A stretch of DNA of 42,146 nucleotides from Dehalococcoidales bacterium. GTDB taxonomy: Bacteria > Chloroflexota > Dehalococcoidia > Dehalococcoidales > RBG-16-60-22. The stretch's first letter is position 1. Each line of letters starts with the position of its first letter. The notes under the pieces are model-generated. The model saw only the letters and a program-made list of their open reading frames with translations. It ran no database searches and had not been told where the DNA came from. The translations under genes and the position numbers were made by a program. Below, in pieces: positions 32,222 to 40,651 of this stretch. Location: the NCBI GenBank assembly GCA_034430755.1, contig DAOUDY010000003.1, forward strand, positions 1-42,146, written 5' to 3'.

Positions 32222-33295
32222 ATGGCGTCGAAACGAGATTACTACGAAACCCTGGGTGTTCCGAGGGATGCCACCGCGGAGGATATCAGGAAGGCGTTCC
32301 GCCGGCTCGCCTTTAAATATCACCCTGACCGCAACCGCGATGACGGAGCGGAAGCGAAGTTCAAGGAAATAAACGAGGCCTTCGAGATGCTCTCCGACCC
32401 CGACAAGCGCGCCCGCTACGACCATTTTGGCCACATTGACACCGACGGCCTTTTCAGCCGCGGCTTTGAGGGCTTTGACTTCGGCGGCTTCGGCGACATC
32501 TTTGAAACTTTCTTCAGCGGCATGAGGCACGCCAGCCGCCACGCACCGCAGCGGGGCAATGACCTGCAATACCAGGCAACCATATCTCTTGAGGAAGCCG
32601 CATTCGGCTGTGAGAAGGAAATCGAAATACAACGCACCGAGCTGTGCACCACCTGCCACGGCACCGGTGCCAAGCCGGGCAGTCAGCCCGTTCGCTGCCC
32701 GAACTGCAACGGCACCGGACAGGTGCGAAAAGTCCAGCGCAGCCTCTTCGGCAGCTTCGTTAACACCACCATCTGCAACCGCTGTCAGGGCGAGGGTCAG
32801 GTTATATCAGAGCCGTGTCCGCAGTGCCGGGGAAGCGGTCGGGAGAAAGGGAAACGCCGCATCTCGGTCAAGATTCCAGCCGGCATACAGGATGGCACTC
32901 AGATACGCCTCAGCGGCGAGGGAGAAGTGGGCCTGAGAGGCGGCTCTTCCGGTGACCTCTATGTGACCATCGGGGTGCTGGAGCACGAGTTTTTCATAAG
33001 AGATGGCGACGACATCATCTACGAATTACCGATTAACTTCGCGCAGGCGGCGCTCGGGGATGAAATGGAAATACCCACTCTTTACGGCAAAGAGAGAATC
33101 AGCATCCCTCACGGAAGCCAGACGGATAGAGAGTTCCGCCTGAAAAGCAAGGGCATCGCTCACCTGGGGCGTAATGGACGCGGCGACCAGATTGTAAGTT
33201 TGCGTGTGGTTACGCCGGAATCGCTGACCAAGGAGCAGCGCAAGCTCTTTGAGGAACTGGCTGATAGCCTTGAACCAGCGAAAAGCGACGATTAA
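32222..33295 (+). CDS. dnaJ: Molecular chaperone DnaJ
   Basis: J domain (DYYETLGV...YHPDRN), G/F region, and four CxxCxGxG zinc-finger repeats. I prefer the ATG at 32222 over the TTG at 32216. Confidence 0.95.
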   Translation: MASKRDYYETLGVPRDATAEDIRKAFRRLAFKYHPDRNRDDGAEAKFKEINEAFEMLSDPDKRARYDHFGHIDTDGLFSRGFEGFDFGGFGDIFETFFSGMRHASRHAPQRGNDLQYQATISLEEAAFGCEKEIEIQRTELCTTCHGTGAKPGSQPVRCPNCNGTGQVRKVQRSLFGSFVNTTICNRCQGEGQVISEPCPQCRGSGREKGKRRISVKIPAGIQDGTQIRLSGEGEVGLRGGSSGDLYVTIGVLEHEFFIRDGDDIIYELPINFAQAALGDEMEIPTLYGKERISIPHGSQTDREFRLKSKGIAHLGRNGRGDQIVSLRVVTPESLTKEQRKLFEELADSLEPAKSDD

Positions 33296-33338
33296 AAATC
33301 GGCTCCTGGCCTGAAATCAGCTGCGTCTAACGGTGCGC

Positions 33339-34403
33339 TTACCGGCTTTTCTGCGGTTGTTTGCGCCGTTTGAATAGAGAGAACAGCCGCCAGCGTCTTC
33401 CGGATAACTCGTGCCGCATATTACCGCCCATCATTTCCGCCGCCACCTCGCGCGGGTCAGTGTTCTCATAGAGGACTCGGTATATTCTCTCCGTAATCGG
33501 CATCTCCAGCCCGAGGTTATGGGCCAGATTGCGGGCCACCAGCGTGGTGGTCACTCCCTCGGCGACGCCGCTCATGGTGCTCACTATCTCCGATACGGAG
33601 CGTCCCTTGGTTAACTCCACGCCAACATAGTGGTTGCGGCTCAAAGGGCTGGCACAGGTGGTGATGACATCGCCCAGTCCGGCCAGCCCGGAGAAGGTAA
33701 GCGGATTCGCCCCCAGAGAAACGCCAAGCGCCGTAATCTCCGTCAAACCCCGCGTCATGAAGGCGGCCTTGGCATTGTCGCCATAGCCCAGTCCGTCGGC
33801 AATACCGGCACCAAGGGCGATAATATTCTTGAGCGAGCCCCCCAGCTCCACCCCGACAACATCCGTATTGGTGAAAACGCAGAGGTTCGAGGTGGTGAGT
33901 AATCTCTGCACCTGCCTCGCCACGGCACCGTCTTCGGCCGCAGTCACCGTAGCTGCTGGCAGGCCGCGTAAAATCTCTCTGGCCAAGTTAGGACCCGAGA
34001 TAACGCAGATATTGCCGTGAAAACGGGGGTTTATCTCCTCGGCAATCACCTGTGACATACGCTTGCCGCTGCCAATCTCCAGCCCCTTGGCGGCACTGAC
34101 CACAAACATTGACTTGGTAAGGTGGTCAGCTATCAGCCTGGTATTCTGCCGCATTGACTGGGATGGCACCACCAGAATTACCGCCCTGGCCCCGTCAAGG
34201 GCTTTCTCCATCTCGTGGGTGATGAGAACATTGTCCGGGAAGGCGACTGCCGGTGTTTCGTCCAGGTCAGGGCCAATTTCCCTCAGCTCATCGGCTTCCT
34301 GTTCGGTGCGAGCCCATAAACTGACATTTATTCCTTTTTCCGCCAGGATGATTGCTAAAGTAATGCCCCACATAGTGGTGCCGATGATGCCAACTTTGAG
34401 CAT
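33339..34403 (-). CDS. gpsA: NAD(P)H-dependent glycerol-3-phosphate dehydrogenase
   Basis: 354 aa. An N-terminal Rossmann-type nucleotide-binding region (LKVGIIGTTMWGITLA) and the GpsA-typical stretch LGGSLKNIIALGAGIADG. It is part of the der-plsY-gpsA arrangement. Confidence 0.92.
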   Translation of the reverse strand: MLKVGIIGTTMWGITLAIILAEKGINVSLWARTEQEADELREIGPDLDETPAVAFPDNVLITHEMEKALDGARAVILVVPSQSMRQNTRLIADHLTKSMFVVSAAKGLEIGSGKRMSQVIAEEINPRFHGNICVISGPNLAREILRGLPAATVTAAEDGAVARQVQRLLTTSNLCVFTNTDVVGVELGGSLKNIIALGAGIADGLGYGDNAKAAFMTRGLTEITALGVSLGANPLTFSGLAGLGDVITTCASPLSRNHYVGVELTKGRSVSEIVSTMSGVAEGVTTTLVARNLAHNLGLEMPITERIYRVLYENTDPREVAAEMMGGNMRHELSGRRWRLFSLFKRRKQPQKSR

Positions 34404-34473
34404 ACCTTATTTTAACTCAATTGCAAGTATTTAGGAAGACTTTGTTTTCTGAAGCTGAAGTCGGCGGCCGATT

Positions 34474-35133
34474 TTACGTATTGACCCGCTCGCCGATCCG
34501 GCGCTCCGTGCCCGCCAGCAGCCGTCCGATATTGTCGCGGTGAACGACGATGATGAATACGGCACCGACGAGCGCATAAACAAGGTATTCAACAGGAAAC
34601 CCGTTAAGCAAGGTAAGAGGAATCAGTATGGCATAGGCAGCGACCGCCCCCGATATCGAACCGAGCGACGCATATCTGGTCAGGCAGGCGCCGAGAAACA
34701 GTATTTCGCCGCCGAAAAGCGCTGCCGCCGGACACAGGCCAAATAATCCGCCGAAGAAGGTAGCCACACCTCTTCCCCCCCTGAAGTGGAGAAACACCGA
34801 CCACTTGTGACCGGCAATCGCCGCCAGCGCCGCCAGGACCTGAGCGCTTCGGGAAAACCACCACGGGCTTGTGCTGCCGGCCAGCATGTATTCGCCATTG
34901 AATATCAGGGCGGCAAACACAACCGGCAGAAAGCCTTTCAGGATATCGAGGACAACCACCGTCCCCGCGGCCTTTTTCCCGGCTACCCGTAATACGTTGG
35001 TGGCGCCGGTCTTGCCGCTCCCGTAGCTGGTAACATCTACTTTTGCGCTCCGCCTCGCTATCATCACGCCAAAGGGGATGGCACCGAGAAAATAGCCAGT
35101 AAAGGCTACGGCGATGAGTTTGGCAGCAATCAT
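34474..35133 (-). CDS. plsY: Glycerol-3-phosphate acyltransferase PlsY
   Basis: 219 aa, polytopic. Motifs GSGKTGATNVLR and HKWSVFLHFRGGRGVAT. Confidence 0.9.
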   Translation of the reverse strand: MIAAKLIAVAFTGYFLGAIPFGVMIARRSAKVDVTSYGSGKTGATNVLRVAGKKAAGTVVVLDILKGFLPVVFAALIFNGEYMLAGSTSPWWFSRSAQVLAALAAIAGHKWSVFLHFRGGRGVATFFGGLFGLCPAAALFGGEILFLGACLTRYASLGSISGAVAAYAILIPLTLLNGFPVEYLVYALVGAVFIIVVHRDNIGRLLAGTERRIGERVNT

Positions 35134-36452
35134 GGCTCTCCCCCCCTTGTCCGGAAGACCAAACGAAGCGGCGTTCCCGTGAAACCAAAGGCCTGACGCA
35201 GTTTGCCCTCCAGATAACGCTGATATGAGAAGTGCACCAGTCTGGCATCGTTGACGAAGAAAACAAAGGTCGGCGGGTTCACCTCCGCCTGGGTAACATA
35301 GAAGATTTTGAGCTGTTTGGGTCCCCGGCGCGGCAACACATGGGAGGCTACCGCCTGCTGAATGACATCATTGACCTCGGCAGTGGCCAATCTCTTTAAT
35401 CTCTGCTGATATATGCGTTGGGCTTCCGGCATTATCCGGTCCACGCCCTCCCCGTACTTCGATGAGGTATAAACAACCGGCGCATAGGCCATAAACTTCA
35501 GCTGACTTCCGAGATACCGGCCCCACTCGACCACGTTTTTCTCTTCCACCAGGTCCCACTTATTGACCACCACCACCACGCCTTTGGTCGCCTGCTGAAT
35601 ATAGCCAGCGATGTGCATGTCCTGAGCGGTTACCATCTCCATAGCGTCCAGCACCAGCAAGACCACATCCGCCCGGTCAATAGCCCGCAGAGCACGGAGC
35701 ACACTGTACCGCTCCACTCCCCTTCCGATCCGTCCCCGTTTCCGTATACCGGCTGTATCAATAAGTAACACACTTTGCCCCTTAAAGTCAACCATGGTAT
35801 CGGTAGCATCACGGGTCGTTCCCGGGGCGTCATCGACGATGGCTCTCTTTTCGCCGACCAGAGCATTGAGCAGCATTGACTTGCCCACGTTGGGCCGCCC
35901 GGCGATGGCCACCTTCATGAGTTCCAGTTCAGCCGCGGTCGGCACCGGCGTCGGCAGCAGAGCGATGATTCGGTCCAGAAGCTCCGCCGTGCCGCCTCCG
36001 TGGTAGGCGCTGATGGCGAGAGGCTCCCCCAGTCCGAGCTGGTAAAACTCCACCGCTCCGGCCTCCAGCTTTTCATTATCTGCCTTGTTGGCCACCAGCA
36101 GCACCGGCTTTTTCCCCCGGCGCAATTTATCTGCCATCTCCACGTCGTCAGCGATCGGCCCGCTCTTTACATCCGTCAGAAAAACAATCACATCCGCCCC
36201 GGCAATCGCTGCCTCTATCTGCTCCTGAACACCATGTGCCACCGGGGAACGGGCGGCAAATTCCAGCCCACCGGTATCGACGGCGGTAAACTCCACATCA
36301 CGCCAGAATACGGAGGCGATGACCCGGTCCCTGGTCGTGCCCGGTAGGTTCTCGACAATCGCCAGGCGCCTCCCCACCATTCTGTTGAGCAATGTGGACT
36401 TGCCCACGTTCTGCCGACCCACAATGGCCACGATTGGTTTGCCTGCCACCAC
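35130..36452 (-). CDS. der: Ribosome-biogenesis GTPase Der (EngA)
   Basis: 440 aa. Two tandem G domains (GRQNVGKST, GRPNVGKSM; DTGG/DTAG; NKAD/NKWD) plus a KH-like C-terminus. Confidence 0.95.
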   Translation of the reverse strand: MVAGKPIVAIVGRQNVGKSTLLNRMVGRRLAIVENLPGTTRDRVIASVFWRDVEFTAVDTGGLEFAARSPVAHGVQEQIEAAIAGADVIVFLTDVKSGPIADDVEMADKLRRGKKPVLLVANKADNEKLEAGAVEFYQLGLGEPLAISAYHGGGTAELLDRIIALLPTPVPTAAELELMKVAIAGRPNVGKSMLLNALVGEKRAIVDDAPGTTRDATDTMVDFKGQSVLLIDTAGIRKRGRIGRGVERYSVLRALRAIDRADVVLLVLDAMEMVTAQDMHIAGYIQQATKGVVVVVNKWDLVEEKNVVEWGRYLGSQLKFMAYAPVVYTSSKYGEGVDRIMPEAQRIYQQRLKRLATAEVNDVIQQAVASHVLPRRGPKQLKIFYVTQAEVNPPTFVFFVNDARLVHFSYQRYLEGKLRQAFGFTGTPLRLVFRTRGGEP

Positions 36453-36457
36453 GCTTT

Positions 36458-37117
36458 TTACCCCACCCTGACGACTTCCTGAGCCAGTTTTACACTCGGG
36501 GGTTCAATGCCGGTTCGGGCGACGCTCCTTAGCTCGGTGATATGGTCGCGGAAGTTCTGGACAAAGGCATTGTATTCCATGACGAATTTTTGGTACTGGT
36601 CGAGTGTCTCCCGGGGGATTTCCACCTTCGTGGCAATCTCATAAAACTGCTCCACAAAGTCGTAATACTGACTGGTTATCTGCCACAGCTCGTTTAAATA
36701 TGTAGACAAGTAATCGGCCAGTCTGGTAATGCCGATGTCGCTTTCCATACGGCCGATGAAGCTGCCACACCAGCTATTGAAAATGCGCTGCGACATATCA
36801 CAGGCCCTTGCCCAGTCCCAAAGTTTCGGATTGTCGATATTGAAAAGGCTGTCGATGATGACGAAGATGGACAGCGTTGAGTCTCCCATAAAGCGGCGAT
36901 GAAAGTATTCGGCCAGCTGCCGCAGCCTGAAAACGGCACGCTCCAGCTGCCGCTCTCTGGCCTTGATTACCATCACCACCAGGCCAAGGGCCAGAATGAA
37001 GATAAGCGCCGGCGCTACCCACTCAATCGGCCAGTCGTAGAGAACACCGAGCACCGCCAGCACTGTTATCAGAGTCGGATACCAGCCACGATTGATGAGC
37101 ATCTTCAGCGTATACAT
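36458..37117 (-). CDS. Hypothetical membrane-anchored protein
   Basis: 219-aa ORF with two N-terminal TM helices and a helical soluble domain. No family recognised. Confidence 0.5.
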   Translation of the reverse strand: MYTLKMLINRGWYPTLITVLAVLGVLYDWPIEWVAPALIFILALGLVVMVIKARERQLERAVFRLRQLAEYFHRRFMGDSTLSIFVIIDSLFNIDNPKLWDWARACDMSQRIFNSWCGSFIGRMESDIGITRLADYLSTYLNELWQITSQYYDFVEQFYEIATKVEIPRETLDQYQKFVMEYNAFVQNFRDHITELRSVARTGIEPPSVKLAQEVVRVG

Positions 37118-37127
37118 TCCATCCCCC

Positions 37128-38069
37128 TTACTCGTATTTCATCAGCGGCAGTTCCAGTCCGCCAAGCATATCCACAAGCAACGCTTTCTGCAAATGCATG
37201 CGGTTCTCCGCCTGGTCAAAGACCACGGACTGCGGACTCTCGATAACGCCCTCCTCCACCTCTTCACCGTGATGAGCAGGCAGCGGGTGCATCAGTATGG
37301 CATCTTCCTCGGCCAGTGACAGAAGTTCACCGTCTATCTGGTATCCAGCAAACGCTTTGCGCCGCTTCTCGCTTTCGGCTTCCTGGCCCATACTCGTCCA
37401 GACATCAGTATAAACGATATCCGCCCCGCGCACCGCCTGCCGCGGGTCCTCAGTGCACAGTATCTCAACCCCGCTCGCCGTGGCATAGCCCCGCGCCAGT
37501 TCGAGCAGGTCATCACGGACTTTATAGCCAGCCGGTGAGGCAATCCGGAAACGTATGCCGGCCATCGCTGACGCCAGCATGAGGCTGTGCGCCACGTTGT
37601 TGCCGTCGCCCACATAGGCCAGGGTCAACCCTTCAAGTTCACCCTTCTTCTCATAAATGGTGAGCAGGTCGGCCAGCGCCTGACAGGGGTGCTCCAGGTC
37701 AGACAAAGCGTTGATAACCGGCACGTCCGCATACTGCGCCAGCACCTCCAGCGTCCGGTGGGAAAAGGTGCGGGCGGCAATGGCATCCACGTAGCGGGAA
37801 AGAACCCGGGCCATGTCCGGCACTGACTCCCGCTTGCCCAGGCCGACCTCCGCAGGAGACAGATAGATAGCGTGACCGCCGAGCTGCTGCATGGCTACTT
37901 CAAAGCTCATCCGTGTCCGCAACGACGGCTTCTCAAATACCAGGGCCAGTACTTTCTCGCTGAGGGAACTGGTCCAGCCTTCAGCTTTCAGCTCAACGGC
38001 GCGGGAGATAAGCAACGGTATGTCCTCACGATTCAGGTCGGCTACGGAAAGCAAGTCCTTACCTTTCAA
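37128..38069 (-). CDS. argF: Ornithine carbamoyltransferase
   Basis: 313 aa. Carbamoyl-phosphate motif SLRTR, the OTC-type DVWTSMG, and HPLP. Confidence 0.9.
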   Translation of the reverse strand: MKGKDLLSVADLNREDIPLLISRAVELKAEGWTSSLSEKVLALVFEKPSLRTRMSFEVAMQQLGGHAIYLSPAEVGLGKRESVPDMARVLSRYVDAIAARTFSHRTLEVLAQYADVPVINALSDLEHPCQALADLLTIYEKKGELEGLTLAYVGDGNNVAHSLMLASAMAGIRFRIASPAGYKVRDDLLELARGYATASGVEILCTEDPRQAVRGADIVYTDVWTSMGQEAESEKRRKAFAGYQIDGELLSLAEEDAILMHPLPAHHGEEVEEGVIESPQSVVFDQAENRMHLQKALLVDMLGGLELPLMKYE

Positions 38070-38194
38070 TATATCCTCCCCGCTTTGCCCTAAAGTATAT
38101 CACGAAAAAAGTTCCTTCAAAAGGGTTTTCCAGCCGATTTCTTGACACATTTGGCGCATCTTACCTAATATGCATTAGGTTCAGGAGGCGAAAG

Positions 38195-38827
38195 ATGACC
38201 GAGCTCATCCTCGTCAGACACGGTGAAACGGAATGGAATGTGGCCGAGGTATTCCGGGGCCAGATTGACATCGGTTTAAGTGAAACCGGGGTAAAACAGG
38301 CGGAACTGCTGGCGGGACATTTAAGCACATCATCGATAGAAGCCGTTTACTCCAGCCCGCTGAAACGGGCGCTCAAGACAGCCGAGGCGATAGCCAAGCC
38401 CCATAAACTAAAAGTTAAGGTCGAGCCTGACCTCATCGACCTCAACTTCGGCAGGTGGCAGGGGCTATCGCATGAGGAGGTGAAGGAGAAATATAAAGAA
38501 CTGTACGCCACATGGGTAACTCACCCCGAGAAGACCAGGATGCCCGACGGCGAGACCTTGGATGATGTCAGGAAAAGAGTTACCAGATTGGTAAACGGAA
38601 TAATAGAAAATCACGGGGGTGCTGTAGTGATTGTCGGGCATCGGGTGGTGAACAAAGTCATGCTCTGCGCGCTGCTGGGACTGGACAACAGCCACTTCTG
38701 GAAAATAAGGCAGGATACCGGCGGCATATCCACCTTCACCTGCCAGAGCGGGCAGTTTATACTGACCAAACACAACGATACTTCCTTCCTCAAACCGGTT
38801 GCCGGAGCGCCGCCGGGCGACTTTTAG
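38195..38827 (+). CDS. Histidine phosphatase family protein (phosphoglycerate mutase/alpha-ribazole phosphatase-like)
   Basis: 210 aa. Catalytic LVRHGETEWN motif and a downstream GHR motif. Confidence 0.85.
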   Translation: MTELILVRHGETEWNVAEVFRGQIDIGLSETGVKQAELLAGHLSTSSIEAVYSSPLKRALKTAEAIAKPHKLKVKVEPDLIDLNFGRWQGLSHEEVKEKYKELYATWVTHPEKTRMPDGETLDDVRKRVTRLVNGIIENHGGAVVIVGHRVVNKVMLCALLGLDNSHFWKIRQDTGGISTFTCQSGQFILTKHNDTSFLKPVAGAPPGDF

Positions 38828-38903
38828 CCGAACACCTCTTTACATTGCCTGTCCGAATAGCTACAATGTTATGGTAATCTGTTTTCAATGGAGGTAATAA
38901 CCA

Positions 38904-39191
38904 GTGGGTATGGAATGGTTCCGTGACTTGGCGATAGTAATCCTCGGCTTTGGCGTTACCATCGTGGTCATTTTCATCGGCATTCTGGCTTTCATGCTGT
39001 ATCTCAAGCTGAGGCCGATACTGGACTCGGCAAAGTCAACCGTCAAACGGGTTGAGAATATTTCCGCTACCCTAGAGGAGGAGGTATCAAGGCCACTGGC
39101 ACAGCTGGCGGCTTTTGTTCAGGGCGTGCGACAGGCAGTTAGCCTGTTCAGTGGCTTTGCCAGAAGAAAGGAAGGAGGTAGAAATGGCTGA
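38904..39191 (+). CDS. Small membrane protein (DUF948-like)
   Basis: 95 aa. GTG start 8 nt after GGAGGT, one N-terminal TM, then a helical segment. It is paired with a YtxH-like gene. Confidence 0.5.
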   Translation: MGMEWFRDLAIVILGFGVTIVVIFIGILAFMLYLKLRPILDSAKSTVKRVENISATLEEEVSRPLAQLAAFVQGVRQAVSLFSGFARRKEGGRNG

Positions 39192-39426
39192 AAAAGATAC
39201 TGGTGCCAGTTTCGCTGTTGGATTTCTTTTCGGAGCCGTGGTTGGGGTGGCAATTGGCTTTCTATACGCGCCCAAACCGGGACTGGAAACCCGGGCCATG
39301 TTGAAGGAAAAGGCTGAGACCGCTGCGGAAAAGGCAAAAGAAACCGCAGAAAAGGCCAAGGAAGCCGCCGTCGCCGCCGAACACCGTGTTGAAGAAAAGC
39401 TGGGCCGAAAGAAACCGGACGAGTAG
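39184..39426 (+). CDS. YtxH-like protein
   Basis: The internal ATG at 39184 follows GGAAGGAGG. The 80-aa product has GFLFGAVVGVAIGFLYAPKPG plus a charged Ala/Lys/Glu-rich helix, typical of YtxH. The longer track ORF start (39115) lies inside the previous gene. Confidence 0.6.
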   Translation: MAEKDTGASFAVGFLFGAVVGVAIGFLYAPKPGLETRAMLKEKAETAAEKAKETAEKAKEAAVAAEHRVEEKLGRKKPDE

Positions 39427-39506
39427 CCAACCGGCTCAGCAGCCTTCACCTTGAGCCTGCTGCCTGAACTTACCCCCGGTAAGTTAAGAGGAGAACTTTA
39501 TCTGCA

Positions 39507-40601
39507 ATGACTCACTTCTTAAGCCGACACTGGAAACTGGTCGCTCTGGTACTGGGCACGGTTATATTCTTCTGGGTCCTTTACCTTCTGAGAACGGTTA
39601 TCCTGCCATTTGCTCTCGGGCTGGTGCTCGCTTACCTGCTGGCTCCCCTTATCAACTGGCTGGAATCGAAATTCCCGAGACCAGAAAAATGGCCGGGAGG
39701 CAAGCGCGTCCTGTCCATCCTCATCGTCTTTTTCCTTCTTTTAGCGCTACTGGCCGTTTTCTCCTACGTAATCGCTACCGCCGTTATCGATGCCTCCGTG
39801 AGTCTGGCCACCGGTGCTCCCTATTTTTTGAGTAAGAGCCTTTATCAGATACAGGAATGGCTGGAAGTGGTACGCCAGCAATTTCCACCGGAGGTCCGCA
39901 ACGAGGTGGACAGAGCGCTCCTGGAAGCCGGCGTGGCCCTGGGCAATGCCATTCGGGATGCCCTTTTCAAGGGCGTTTCCTTTATGCCGGAGACCTTCAG
40001 CATCGTGCTCGGTCTGGCGGCATTGCCGCTGTTCCTCTTCTACGCCCTGAAGGATTCTGATAAATTGAAAAACTATTTTTACTCTGCCTTTACCCCCGGA
40101 ATCTCCGAGCATATCAGGAATCTGGTCAGCATAATCGAAAGAGTCCTCGGGCGCTATATCCGTGCCCAGTTGATGCTCGGCCTGATTGTGGCTTACCTCA
40201 TTTTCATTGGCCTGCTGATACTGGAAATCCCATTCGCACCGGTACTGGCGATTCTGGCCGGCATTGGAGAGCTCATCCCGACGCTAGGACCGTGGTTCAG
40301 TGGTGCTGTGGTGGCGATAATCGCTCTGGCCCTGGTTCCGGACAAGGTAATCTGGGTGATCGTTCTTTTCCTGGCTGTCCAGTTACTGGAGAACAGCCTG
40401 CTGGTGCCACGAATTCAGGGAGGTTACCTGCGTATCCACCCTGCCGTCATGATCTTCATGCTTGTCCTGGGTGCCTATATTGCCGGCTTCTGGGGACTGC
40501 TGCTGGCGGGGCCATTGACCGCCACCGGCGTTGAAATCTACCAGTATGTCCGCCGGCACTACCAGGAAGAGGAGACACCGCAGCCGACCGAGGAGGATTG
40601 A
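39507..40601 (+). CDS. AI-2E family transporter (PerM/UPF0118)
   Basis: 364 aa, ~8 TM helices, with a conserved ELIPTLGPW-type motif. Confidence 0.85.
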   Translation: MTHFLSRHWKLVALVLGTVIFFWVLYLLRTVILPFALGLVLAYLLAPLINWLESKFPRPEKWPGGKRVLSILIVFFLLLALLAVFSYVIATAVIDASVSLATGAPYFLSKSLYQIQEWLEVVRQQFPPEVRNEVDRALLEAGVALGNAIRDALFKGVSFMPETFSIVLGLAALPLFLFYALKDSDKLKNYFYSAFTPGISEHIRNLVSIIERVLGRYIRAQLMLGLIVAYLIFIGLLILEIPFAPVLAILAGIGELIPTLGPWFSGAVVAIIALALVPDKVIWVIVLFLAVQLLENSLLVPRIQGGYLRIHPAVMIFMLVLGAYIAGFWGLLLAGPLTATGVEIYQYVRRHYQEEETPQPTEED

Positions 40602-40651
40602 CCCCCTCCTTATCCCTTCTTTACCATCCCCCACTCTGCTATAATTTAATT